A DNA stretch of 64,000 nucleotides from the NCBI GenBank assembly GCA_964016885.1, contig OZ024740.1:117056001-117120000 (forward strand), read 5' to 3'. The position numbers and the translations under genes were made by a program. Source of the stretch: Eledone cirrhosa. Taxonomy: Eukaryota. The notes under the pieces were generated by a model that was not told the origin of the DNA, made no database searches, and saw nothing but the letters and a program-made list of their open reading frames with translations. Below, piece by piece: positions 25,625-38,055 of the stretch. Each line of letters begins with the position of its first letter. Within the stretch, counting starts at the first letter, position 1.

Positions 25625-27804
25625 CACTGGTCTGCGATGTTTTCAAGGTCTAACATATAATACATGATTTTAGGCCAGTTTTTTGCACTGAATCCAAATA
25701 TCATGCTCATTTTACTCAATTAGATCAGGTTAATGAAATATTAGCACATTAAAAATATCCTAAATTCCGATCTATTTGTAGGCGAATAAAACGCAATATT
25801 GAAAATATTAGACTGATTTATTCACAGAAGGCTTACAAAATATTTTGAATAGATAGCAAGAAGAGTATAATGAACTAAGGAAGCTACTCATGGATGTATG
25901 GTCTCTTCAGGGACTTCCGTTTGTGCTGAGAAGACTGCGCATCCCTCTTTAGGCACCAGCAGTAGTCGGCCAGAAAGTTGACATCCCATCGGCCTTGATA
26001 GCGTTCCTCCATAACACTGATATCTTGGTGAAAGCGCTCACCATGTTCTTCACTGAAGTCTCCACAATTCTCTGGAAAATAGTCCAGATGAAACCGGAGG
26101 AAGTGCATTTTCACTGACACGCGCGCACCAAGTTGGCGGAAATTCTCCATTAACTCATCAACCACCTTCTGATACTGGGAACTTCTGTGGTTGCCAAGGA
26201 AGTTTGCAATGACTGACTTAAGGGACAACCAGGCAGAGAGTTCAGCAGGATTCAGTGCATCATCAAAACTAGTATCCTTGATGAGTTCCCTTATTTGAGG
26301 ACCATCAAATATACCTGCCTTAATTTTCTCCATGCTTTTTCGTTGAAACTTCTGATGGAGGAAAGCAAATCCTCCACTTTCCCTGTCCAATGCCTTTACA
26401 AAGTTCTTCATGAGACCGAGTTTGATGTGGAGGGTTGGAAGCAATATCTTGCTCGGTTCAACCAAACGTTGTGTGATCCAGGTTTTAATCCTTGTCTTAA
26501 TGGCCACTCTTGTCTGACATAATGCTGGTCATCAGCACGGCTATCCCATAAGCACAGAAAGCATGGATACTTTGTGTAACAACCTTGAAGTCCTAGGATG
26601 AGTCCAACAACTTTAAGATCTCCACAGATCAACCATTTATGTTTCTGGTAGTTCAGAGCAGACAACAGACGTTCCATGCTTTTGTGGGATTCTTTAATTT
26701 CAACTGAGTGCCCAACAGGGATCGATGAAAACTTGTTTCCGATATTCAGAAGAACTGCTTTGAGACTTCTGTTAGATGAGTCAATGAAAAGTCTCCATTC
26801 CATAGCATCATACTTCAGACCAAGTAATTCAATCAGGTCAGCAATATTGCTACAGTAGACCAGTGAAGATGCTTCATCAAACATGAAGAATTTTCTAAAT
26901 TCTCTCTCGCGGTCCCGATACCAATAGAATGTTGTTCCTTGCGCCAGTAGACGTTTCTCTCGAAGACGAGAACCCGGTAGCTGGGCAGACTCCTTCAAAA
27001 GGTTCAGGTCTCGTGTCAGGTCATTGAGTTCGGCTTGGGTCAAAGGCACCGGTTGGTCATCCTCTTCTGACCTGTATTCATCACACTTAGCTGCATCAAC
27101 CATGTCACTAGATTCGGAATCAGAACTAGATTCCATGGTGACATTTGGCTCAGGAACAGGAAGATCGGGGCCATGGGGGACTGGCTTTATAGCAGAAGGA
27201 ACATCAGGGTATTGAACATGGTGCTTGTTCTTGCGATTGATGCCTTTTAGATTTGTCATGCAAAAGTAGCAGTCGGTAACGTGATCTTTCCCTTCCCTCC
27301 ACACCATTGGGACACCAAATGGCATACTCTTCCTTTTCTTGTTCCTTCAATCCCGTAAGATCTCTACACATGTTTTGCAGCAGATATGGGGAGCGAATAG
27401 CTTATCCTGGTCCCCTAGTTTGACTCCAAAGTAAGCGTGATATGCCTTCTTCACAAAATCCGTGATTTTTGCTTGACGGTCTGGAAGAACCACATGTCCG
27501 CAGATGTAACAGAACCTATTAGGATGGTTTTTACACTTCCGATCCATTTTTCTAGACCTGAAAAGAGAAATAAAAATAATTATTAAAGGTTACCCACGAC
27601 CCGGTTTTGCAAAAGCAAAGCCCATAAACGCTTGGATTGCGATATTGTAGAAAAATATGCTGGAAAAGAAATAGACTATATCTTAGAAACCAGACCTGAC
27701 CCAGAAAAATAAACTGTATTTTTGAATTCAGCATGCAAAAAGGGTCCTAAATCATTTGGAAAACCCTTGACCTTTTAAAAAAAGTTTTGAAACGCAGACC
27801 AGTG
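25625..27804 (-). mobile_element. Chapaev3 (CMC superfamily) DNA transposon, full length
   Basis: TIRs CACTGGTCTGCG (25625-25636) and CGCAGACCAGTG (27793-27804); TTA target duplication on both sides; transposase inside. Confidence 0.88.
25884..27547 (-). pseudogene. Chapaev3 transposase with one nonsense codon and one frameshift
   Basis: Chapa zinc finger FCYICG..GDQDK..PHICC, then VWREGKDHVTDCYFC, WRLFIDSS, ICGDLKV, LHIKLGLMKNFVKAL, SEEHGERFHQDI. In-frame TGA at 27347-27349 and a frameshift near 26465. Confidence 0.9.
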
Positions 27805-28038
27805 TTATTGATCTGGTTCAGTTGAAGATAATTAACTTAGGTAAAATTGGAGCAGTTCATCGGAACTTCAAAAGGAATATAAATTAAAGTAAAAAAAGAT
27901 GGTTACATGAATGTAATGTTCCATATATTGGTATTTCACTATGGTGTCCTGGGTATATCTATTTGGATTCTAACTAATTCACCAACCTCTCTTCTCTCCT
28001 ATCTCCATCTCTCTCATTAAGATTGGTTACTCTTGAAC

Positions 28039-28083
<45 letters not shown>

Positions 28084-28090
28084 TTCAAGA

Positions 28091-28132
<42 letters not shown>

Positions 28133-29045
28133 TCGTTTTAGTTCCCGAGCGCGCGGTTAGCCCATCGAGTGTGAAAGACCCCTAGTTCTAGGAGAAGGAA
28201 AATTCGGATGTAAAACATGTGACTCGATGGCAGCCAATGATGTTAACCTATTCGTCTTTTTGTATGCCTGTCACTGTTGTTCAGAGAGTGGGATTGGTCC
28301 AGTGCAAGTCCGATCTTCACTTTAAAAGCTTCTAAAAAGCTTCAAGTTCATACAACACTTGATCTAATCGTCTTTCACGTGAGCTGAGCGAGCATGGCCT
28401 TTTCTTCTTTTTCTTTCGCTGCAGCATATGCAGAAAGGATTCTAAGTCATTGGAAGGTTAAAAATCATGTTCATGCCACCCATGTATGAGAAAAAGGTCA
28501 ACGAATGGCAATTCTTGAAACCGAGATGGAGCCATCACGTATGTATGCATTTATGTATGTGAATTTGTATGTATGCATGCATGTATGTATGCATGTATTT
28601 ATGTATGTATGTGTATGCATACATACAATTGTATCCGACCAATATCCCCGTACATCACCTAAATTAATATTAATGCATCTCGTTTCTTTCTCAAATAAAC
28701 ATTCTGAAGAAGGCCATATGCCGAAATGAGCTTTTAGGCTCCGTTACTGTTTCGTTCCCCATGTCTATTTTTCGCTTTCACCTAACCAAAGTATGAAACA
28801 CTTCACTGGTACAGAAAACAAAAACAAAATATGTCAATACAAAATACATGCAACGCATTCTTTCGAAACACCATATTGTTTGAAATTAGAGATCATATGT
28901 TCACCAAGCGAAGAAACGCAATGTTAATTCTAGTTGGTATCATTGTCAGCTCATAAAGAGCCGAACATAATTCTTTTTCAACGAGTCAACAAATTATTTC
29001 TGTATTCATAGTACATATATCTAATAATTCATGCATACAAGTAAG

Positions 29046-29047
<2 letters not shown>

Positions 29048-29076
<29 letters not shown>

Positions 29077-29218
29077 TGTATGTATGTATGTATGTATGTA
29101 TGTATGTATGTATGTATGTATGCATGTATGCATGTATGCATGTATGTATGTATGTATGTATGTATGTATGTATGTATGTATGTATGTATGTATGTATGTA
29201 TGTATGTATGTATGTATG
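29048..29218. repeat. (TATG)n tetranucleotide microsatellite
   Basis: Direct reading; similar tracts at about 42293-42376 and 59995-60072. Confidence 0.95.
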
Positions 29219-29489
29219 TGTGTATGAATGTCTGTATGAATGTGTTTATGTATGTATCTGTGTATGTATGTATATGTATGTCTCTATATATGTATGTATG
29301 TACTCGTAACTTCTTATGGAAAAATAAGGTCACCATCTTGACGTATATTTTAAACTTGGGGAAGGCCTAAATATAGTCGATTTCTTCCAACGACGGGGGA
29401 AGAGTCAGAGAAGAAGAAGCAAAGATGTATAGAGAAGGAATCGTGATTTGAACTCTGAATGTCGAGAGACAAAACAAGTAATGTCCATT

Positions 29490-29540
<51 letters not shown>

Positions 29541-29545
<5 letters not shown>

Positions 29546-30141
29546 CAAGGTTTAGCAAATAAGAAAAAGTTTCAAAATAAATTTAAAAAAATTAACTTTA
29601 CTTACTATGGTTACCTTTACCGAATCGGTTTCGATTCTCAAAAATAAACGGAGTCCATACGGCCTTCGTTGCAAAGAAAGAATCTCGTCAGAAGGATCTT
29701 TTCATTCGAAGAATATAAAATTCACGAATTCAAATTACGAACTGGCGCTATTCAAAATTGTTCCCGAGATGAGAGTAAATGAAGTGGAATCAATTTTTTC
29801 AAGGGCCGAGTGTAAAGATAGAGGCAGAGGCATGGAGGTCAGTTGGCTACCGCTATAACTAGCAGCAGTCAGAACGACCAAATTTTTTCTCAACATAGAG
29901 GAGGTTAGTAATAATAGAATATGTGTTCCTACACGCACAATGCGCTAAGGGACACACGTATTGTCCAACCATATGCCAATGTGGTTCAATGGCAGGTTAA
30001 TAAATTAACGAGCCAGAACATATATAATCAATGTTTAGCAAATAAGAAAAAGTTTCAAAATAAATTTAAAAAAATTAACTTTACTATGGTTGGACAATAC
30101 GTGTGTCCCTTAGCCCCTAGTGCGTGTAGGAACACATATTC

Positions 30142-30143
<2 letters not shown>
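29541..30143. mobile_element. Small element with A-x-B-y-A-B' repeat architecture between (TA)n tracts
   Basis: Direct repeat A at ~29541-29612 and ~30024-30091; inverted pair B at 29915-29973 and 30085-30143. Confidence 0.7.
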
Positions 30144-30172
<29 letters not shown>

Positions 30173-30215
30173 ACATATACATATCTATATATATATATAC
30201 ATACATATATGTGTA

Positions 30216-30824
<609 letters not shown>

Positions 30825-31182
30825 TAGTAGCTAAGATGCTTCCATAGGCGGTATGCCGGTTGAGCACTCTATGGTCTTACAGAGCAGAGTATAATAAAAT
30901 AGAGAACGGAAAATCAGTGATGCATCTGAACTCAATTTATTGTGTGTTACAATTGTTTCGCCGGCGGACTGCTCGAGACGCGATCATTGAGTGGATCTGT
31001 TTGATTCTGGACCCGCAGGTTCGCCGGACATGTCTAATGATTTCGGAAATTATAAGACGTGTCCGCCGAACCTTCTATAAGAAGAAGAAGAAGACCTATT
31101 GGTCAGTCGATATAAATAAACAATCGTATTTTTTTAAGGAGCTTTGGGTGAATTATGGATTTCTAATGTATCCTTATATCCC

Positions 31183-31262
<80 letters not shown>

Positions 31263-31273
31263 ATATATATATA

Positions 31274-31354
31274 TAACGAAGGAAGTGTGGTAAGGAACCA
31301 GAAATAGCCGTCGAAACGGCCTGAGCTCTGCCGTCGGGGTTAAACATTTTCCTA
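31274..31354. mobile_element. Internally deleted 'palindrome + tail' element
   Basis: Both family termini (TAACGAAGGAAG...; ...TTTTCCTA) are retained, fused through GCCGTCGAAACGGC; lies in (TA)n. Confidence 0.8.
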
Positions 31355-31411
31355 TATATATATATATATATGATATGTGTGTGTGTGTCTGTGTGAGTGT
31401 ATCTCTCTCTC

Positions 31412-31444
<33 letters not shown>

Positions 31445-32189
31445 ATGTATATATTGTAATGACCCAGCTTAGTCTATATCACTTGAAATGAAACAAAAAG
31501 TCTATAATTCCACATCTCCGATAACGCAAGACATGACCACCAGTCATAGTAACACCCGTTCAATTGCTGATCTATGAATCAGAATTAAAGAGTACAAATT
31601 AAAACTTCAAATGAGGAGTGACAACAGTGATATTTTTCTTTATTTTTGTATTTGGTTTGCAAGATTTTTTAATGTGAAATCCTTTGCAGAACCTCAAGGA
31701 AACGCCGATGCGCAGGCTATTATTGTCTAGCTGCGTGCCATTGGAGAAGGAGGGCAGTGCATGGAGCCAGGCATCACTGTGGGGTTTGGAGGCCGCACGA
31801 AAACAGGCAAGGCGGTGCTGGGGCGTGAGCCTGTTTGAGGCCAGGCTGCACTGGATGGCATTCCAAGTGCTTTGGGGGGGGGGGGTATGACGTCAGCAGG
31901 GGGAGAAGGAGGAGGGACGTCTACTGGGCTAAGTCCCAGCCGGTCTCACGTCACACCAAAAAAAATCAACCAATTTAGCTGGATGCCAGTCTCTTTAAAC
32001 CGCTGACACCCGCACATTACAACAACTCAAGAACTGATGTGGAAATGGAAGGGACTCAGCAAAGCTGTAACTTTCTTTCTACATCTGGAGCCTGTATTAT
32101 TCAATTCCTCCATAATCTGAATTATAAAGCTCCACCTGTATACGTCAATCGTTGGGTCAACGCTGACTTGTCAACTATCTGTGGCTCTT

Positions 32190-32500
32190 TACTTCCACAT
32201 CTCCGATAACGCAAGACACAACTCCAGATGACTTCCATAGACTTTGCCTCAGAAACATACTTAGGATTTCTTAGCGTGACCACATCACAAATGAGGAGGT
32301 AATGGAAAAGGTTCGCCTGAGTAGTTTCACGAGATACCATTATTCTACGACGACAGAAGATGATTGGCCATGTGCTACGCATTTCAATGCTGAGACTAGT
32401 GAGGGCCTCCCTTGAATGGAAGCCAGAAGGAGGGCGTAACAAACAAGGCTTTCGACCGTGCAGATGAGATTTCTCGCTACTCCACAGGGAGCAAAAAGAA
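32190..32500 (+). mobile_element. LINE (RTE-like) C-terminal fragment
   Basis: RRRQKMIGHVLR...LEWKPEGGR-like translation. A 26-bp segment (32193-32218) also occurs at 31508-31533. Confidence 0.55.
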
Positions 32501-32621
32501 CTAAAGAAATTGCGCACACACACACACTCAGATATACACTTACAGACACTTACACACACATATTAACCCCCCACCATATATATAATTGTTTCTGCATTTG
32601 GCACAAGGCCAGCACACACAG

Positions 32622-32785
<164 letters not shown>

Positions 32786-33399
32786 TATATGTATATATTA
32801 TGAACATACGTGAATGTGAACAATAGTTGACTCAGATTCTTTATCATATATATGCATTCCCCTGTGAGTCCTGACTATTTTAAATCATTTATATATCTCT
32901 GAATCAATAAACACTAAATCATCTGGAATAAAAACCACATTAAACCATTTTAATATGTAAGTTGTACTTCTTCGGATCTGTGATTCTAATTGATTTCATG
33001 TTAGTAACGCTTGACTGACGTGACCTTGTAGAGGAAGCTGCGCGTTGACAACAGCGTTCTTCTCTCAGCCCATCAGCTGGACAAACAATGTACTATTTCA
33101 CATCCGTTCATTTGGGCAGCAAGCTAGGCATTTGATTTAAATGTGTCTTCTGAAAAATGCTTAGATAAAATGTCTTACTTTCGTGCTATCATTTCTAACT
33201 CTATTTCATATGTACTCTTCTCTTGTACAATGTTTAGACTTTAGGTTTTTAAATAATGAGTATATCACTGCTATATAAAGGTGCACTCGTAAACGCCGGA
33301 TAAAGACAGAGGTATTCGCTCCACCAAGATAACCTGAATAACGAAATGCTGGAGGGTGTAACTTATGCACAAACACAAACACACACGTTCAAAACAAAA

Positions 33400-34447
33400 A
33401 ACCAATACACTATTTGTAATATAGACAAGTAAATATACAGTAACTATACGAAAAAGGAAACAAATATTACTAAAAGTCTCCTTCATTAATCCAATACATG
33501 AATGTAATCATAGTAAAAAATATGAATTAAAGTCTAATTATAAAAGATAAACTAAAAAGTACCGTAAAACATAAAATATTTCTAAAATCCATCTTATTTC
33601 TAAAATCCAATAATTATCTGCAGCCGTCTGTTTATATCTTTATACTTTTATTTGGTTTCACAGTTCTCAACTCGATCAAATTCATATATGTAATTCATTT
33701 CATTCACAAGTTTCTTCCTTCCGTGGATACTGTTAAAAGCGTTAGGCATGGTGTATGTATATTTCCTTTTTAAGTAAGGAATAGGGCAGGGATTGATCAC
33801 GGGTAAACCTGTAAACGCTTTAAATAAATAAAACACCCGAAAGGATGACCGAAATGATACTTTATAGCTAACTAAATTACTCTGTAAATCACCATTATCA
33901 ACAACAACAATAATATTAATAATAGTTTCTGATTTAGGCACAAAACTAGCAATTTTGGGTGATTAAATCGACTCCAGCGCATTACTGGTACTTTATTTTA
34001 TCGACCCTGTAAGGATGAAAGGCAAAGTTAACCTCAAATCCCACCGATATAAACAAACGACTGCAGATAATTATTGAGCAATATAATCACGAAAATAAAA
34101 TGGATGCTAGTAATATTTTTGTTTTACTGTACTTTCTATTTTATCTTTATTATAATTAAACTTTGCGATTTAGCAGTATCGGTAGAGGGTTGGACGTAGA
34201 GGTTTCTAGCATAGTTACGTCCTATTACGGTTTGAGTTCAAATCCCGTCTAGGTTAACTTTGCCTTTCATCCTTACGGGGTCGATAAAATAAAGTAACAG
34301 TAATATACTGGGTAATTGCTGGCCTTGTGCCAAAAGTAGAAACAATTATAATTAAACTTTAATTTATATTTTGATCGATATGTTTGTTTACCTTTTCGTA
34401 TAGTTACGGTATATTTACTTGTTTATATTACAAATACTGTATTGGTT
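33400..34447. mobile_element. Old fold-back/MITE-like structure with ~240-bp diverged inverted arms, interrupted by SINEs
   Basis: 33400-33640 is the reverse complement of 34045-34164 plus 34361-34447 (e.g. TTATCTGCAGCCGTCTGTTTATATC / GATATAAACAAACGACTGCAGATAA). Confidence 0.65.
34165..34347 (+). mobile_element. SINE inserted in the fold-back arm
   Basis: Consensus match; TSD ATTATAATTAAACTTT at 34149-34164 and 34345-34360. Confidence 0.92.
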
Positions 34448-34811
34448 AAAATAAATATTCATCCAGAGCCTTCTTTTATAATTTTACTATGTTACTGCAA
34501 TCATTAGTTTCAAACTATGAACCCCTTTTAACTCTTGATTTCGCTCTAACTTTCAAACTTAACTCCATACCAACTCAATAATTCGTTTCTCGAGACAGAC
34601 ACCTTTAAATAATTCCATGTTTTATTTTAGAAGTCGATAAACAAAGCACCAATCAAGTATTGGGATATATTCCTCTCCAAAATGTGTGGAATTAGGCCAT
34701 TGTTAAAAATCAATGTTTTAAGTATATTAAATCATACCCTGAAACAAGTGTACTTATTCCCAACTTCATGGAATATTTTCCGACTACTTTTTCAGACATT
34801 ATATATCTTTA

Positions 34812-34997
34812 GCGGTGGATTGGCAGTATCGGTAGAGGGTCAGACGCCATGCTTTCCAGCATAGTTACGTCCCTTTACAATCTGAGTTCAAATCTGGCCG
34901 AGGTTGACTTTGCCTTTCATCCTTACGGGGTCGATAAAATAAAGTACCAGTAATACACTGGGTGATTGCTGGTCTTGTGCCTAAAGTAGAAACAATT
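34812..34997 (+). mobile_element. Young tRNA-derived SINE with TSD
   Basis: A box TGGCAGTATCGG, B box GAGTTCAAATC; TSD ATTATATATCTTTAG. Confidence 0.93.
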
Positions 34998-35338
34998 ATA
35001 TATCTTTAGCTAATAATAGAACAGATAACTTCAAATTTCCATGAATATGTAGCGAAATTATATTTTGGTGAATGTTTCTATGGTACGAAAATAAGGCGTA
35101 TCTTCGTATAATATTTTATAATCGTCGTTTTCAACGAACATTCACTAGACCGGATGACATCACTTCCAGGTATAAATAGCAAATCAAGACAGTGTCAAGC
35201 TTTTTCTTGCTTCGTCTCGCCCGACTACGCAATGGTCATTTAGGGTTACTGTCCATTGCTGGCAATGGTCAGCCACTCACAGACAAAAGCCATCATGATT
35301 CTATTTTCTTACTCTCTTGCATTATCTACACACACGAG

Positions 35339-35537
35339 GGCGGTGGATTGGCAGTATCGGTAGAGGGTCGGTAGAGGGTCGGACGCCATGCTTTCCAGCA
35401 TGGTTACGTCCCTTTACGATCTGAGTTCAAATCCCGCCGAGGTTGACTTTGCCTTTCATCCTTACGGGGTCGATAAAATAAAGTACCAGTAATGCACTGG
35501 GTAATTGCTGGCCTTGTGCCTAAAGTAGAAACAATTA
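35339..35537 (+). mobile_element. Young tRNA-derived SINE (Meta-core-like central domain) with TSD
   Basis: Internal 11-bp duplication GGTAGAGGGTC; core GCCTTTCATCCTTACGGGGTCGATAAAATAAAGTACCAG; TSD ATTATCTACACACACG. The Meta-core assignment is from memory and unverified. Confidence 0.93.
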
Positions 35538-35810
35538 TCTACACACACGTTTTCGCTTGTTTCTCCCTGTAAATGTTTTGTACAATATAACATATTTCAC
35601 CAATAACAGTTCACCTAAAATCATTGCAAGAAAATACTTTCTTTGAACTCTGTATAACAGTCTGGGTGTTTTCCGTGACTAAAATAAATATGTAATTATT
35701 AAAACGGTCATATTGGCCAATTAAACGGTCATATTGGCCATTGATCATACCAAGGAAAACATCTGCTAAAAATGTGCTTACAACCTGTAACGCTGTTATC
35801 TTTTTTCCCT

Positions 35811-35876
<66 letters not shown>

Positions 35877-36704
35877 CACACACACATATTACATATGTAT
35901 ATATATATTTATATATTTATTTATATGCATATTGATATGTATCCGTGTTTGTGTGAGCTTGTAAATATTTACATACTTACATTTCTTCATAGAAATGTAT
36001 ATAAAGTCAGGCATATGTAGCTATATCCACACGTATCTGTACATCTGTGTAAGCTGAACTGATAGTGATAGTGTTATGAAAGCTCATTAAGGCGAGTTGA
36101 TATTACCTGATTACTTCCTTCTGGCAACTTCTGCAGCCAAGACGGTGCCAGACATATTGCTTAACTCATCGCTTTTTAAAGATTATGCCACAGATTCCAA
36201 GTGATTCGTATTATGACACCTAAGAAATCACCAAAATATGTAAATTCTTGCAAATTTGACGAACTCTCTAGACATACTTACGCAGATGTACGCCTCTATG
36301 AATTATATGATTGATAAGTTAGTGGATTTTCGGTAGATTATTTACACATGTGAGTATTGCTATAGAGCATGTCGATAGGATGTTATGGTTGTTACTTTTT
36401 GACTAATGTATATTTTTGTAAATAGGTATCATGTGGAGGTACAATTCACCGATGTACACAGAAGAAACATTATAATCGATTTCTTTAGTACAAAGTCGGC
36501 TTTCATTTCTTTTGTACGAGAAGGATATAGTCGATTATAAATCATTCAATATTTTATTTTATTTATCTTACGACTCCGAGTAAAACAAATGAAAGTCAAA
36601 AAGAGTTTGGGATTCACTTCAGAAGTAAAAGAAAGTTGATACCGTATTGGTGAGTATTCCATTGTGTCATCAATCGATCAAAATGAGCACAAATAGTAAA
36701 CATT

Positions 36705-37335
36705 GGTTTCTAATTTAGACACACAACCAACACTTTTAGTGGACGGGAAAGTTACTTATATTGACATCAGTACTTGATTGGTACTTTATTTATTCGACTC
36801 CGGAAGGATGAAATGCAAAGTTGAAATCTCCGGGATTTAAACTGAGAAACTGTGACCAAATGGCGCAAAGCATTTTACCCAACGTTCTAACAATTCTGTC
36901 AATCCACAGCTCTAAAAATAATAATAGATTCTACTTTTTGGCATAAGGTCAGCAATCTGAAGGGAAGTGGATAGTTGATTAAATCGATGCCAGTGCTTAA
37001 CTTGTACTTTATGTTATCGAGCCGGAAGGCTGAAAGGCAAATATGACCTCCACGGAGTTTGAACAAAGAACACAACGAATAGAACTACTCTAAATGCCGC
37101 AAAGCGTTTTGACCAAAGTCTTAACGATTCTACTTGTTCACATACCTCACAGTGATTGTAGTTTCTGATATAGGCACAAAGCTAACAATCTTTTGAAAGA
37201 GAGGTAAGTCGATTAAATCGACCCCAGTGGTTTACTGGTACTTTATTTTATCAACCCCAAAGGCAAATCTAACCTCGGCAGGATTTAAACTCAGAACGAG
37301 AGTATGATATCCGATGCTCCACCGATCCACTGCCC
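36705..37335 (-). mobile_element. Three head-to-tail old SINE copies
   Basis: Three degenerate occurrences of TTCTA.T.TAGGCAC...GTACTTTAT.TTATCGA...GGCAAA at ~220-bp spacing. Confidence 0.75.
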
Positions 37336-37906
37336 TCACAACAATAATAATAACAGAACCTAGAACAAAAAACTGTACAATATATACATATTAAACAATT
37401 TATTACCTCACAACCTCGTAGAACTAGCTTTAAAAATATAGTTTTAAAATATATTTTGAATACCAGTAGAAAACAATTTTGCTTTTTGGATGCCGCATTT
37501 CAGTTTCAATATTGTCTAGATAATGTACGATTAGGAGAAAACCCGAAACTAAAACATACTAATATTGGCATAGTGTAGAATGTTAATAAAGATGAACTTC
37601 TTAAGGAAAAATCTAATACCATACTACCTTAAATGGAATTTACTTTCTAGAGCAAGTATGTTTGTTTCATTTTCAAAAGCTTGTAGATTCAGATTCTTAA
37701 TTTCAGTGGTATGAAGTTGTCAGAGATCCCTTAGGTCAATGACTAGAGCACTCAACCGAGGTTTGTTTCCTCGAGCGGCCACCACCAACTTCTTTTTACT
37801 TCTGAAAACTCGTTATCCAATCTTATGGACCTGTTATTTTTATCTAAAGACATTTTTTCCAATTCCAACCCGCCCGTCCCCTCAATCTATCTTATTTCTC
37901 ATTCTT

Positions 37907-37942
37907 TCTTCTGATGAAGGACCAGCTTCCGAAACGTTAAGA
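37907..37942 (+). ncRNA. Minimal type-I hammerhead within a PLE pseudo-LTR-like segment (~37690-38030)
   Basis: TCTT|CTGATGA|A-GGA-CCAGCT-TCC|GAAA-CGTT|AAGA; palindromic AACGTT stem III. Confidence 0.65.
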
Positions 37943-38055
37943 TCCTCTTCCTGCTATATCAAGCATTAACCTAATATATCCCTTCCATATACTGTACCGA
38001 TTGTGTTGTTATTTCTTTTTACCTTTTACATATATATATATATATAAATATATAT

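Noticed and set aside
27347-27349. In-frame TGA in the transposase as possible recoding (Sec or readthrough)
   Set aside because: Most simply a TGG>TGA mutation; the same copy also has a frameshift.
35010-35800. Possible Crypton-like non-autonomous element including a 21-bp tandem duplication at 35702-35742
   Set aside because: Boundaries and family could not be supported from this window alone.
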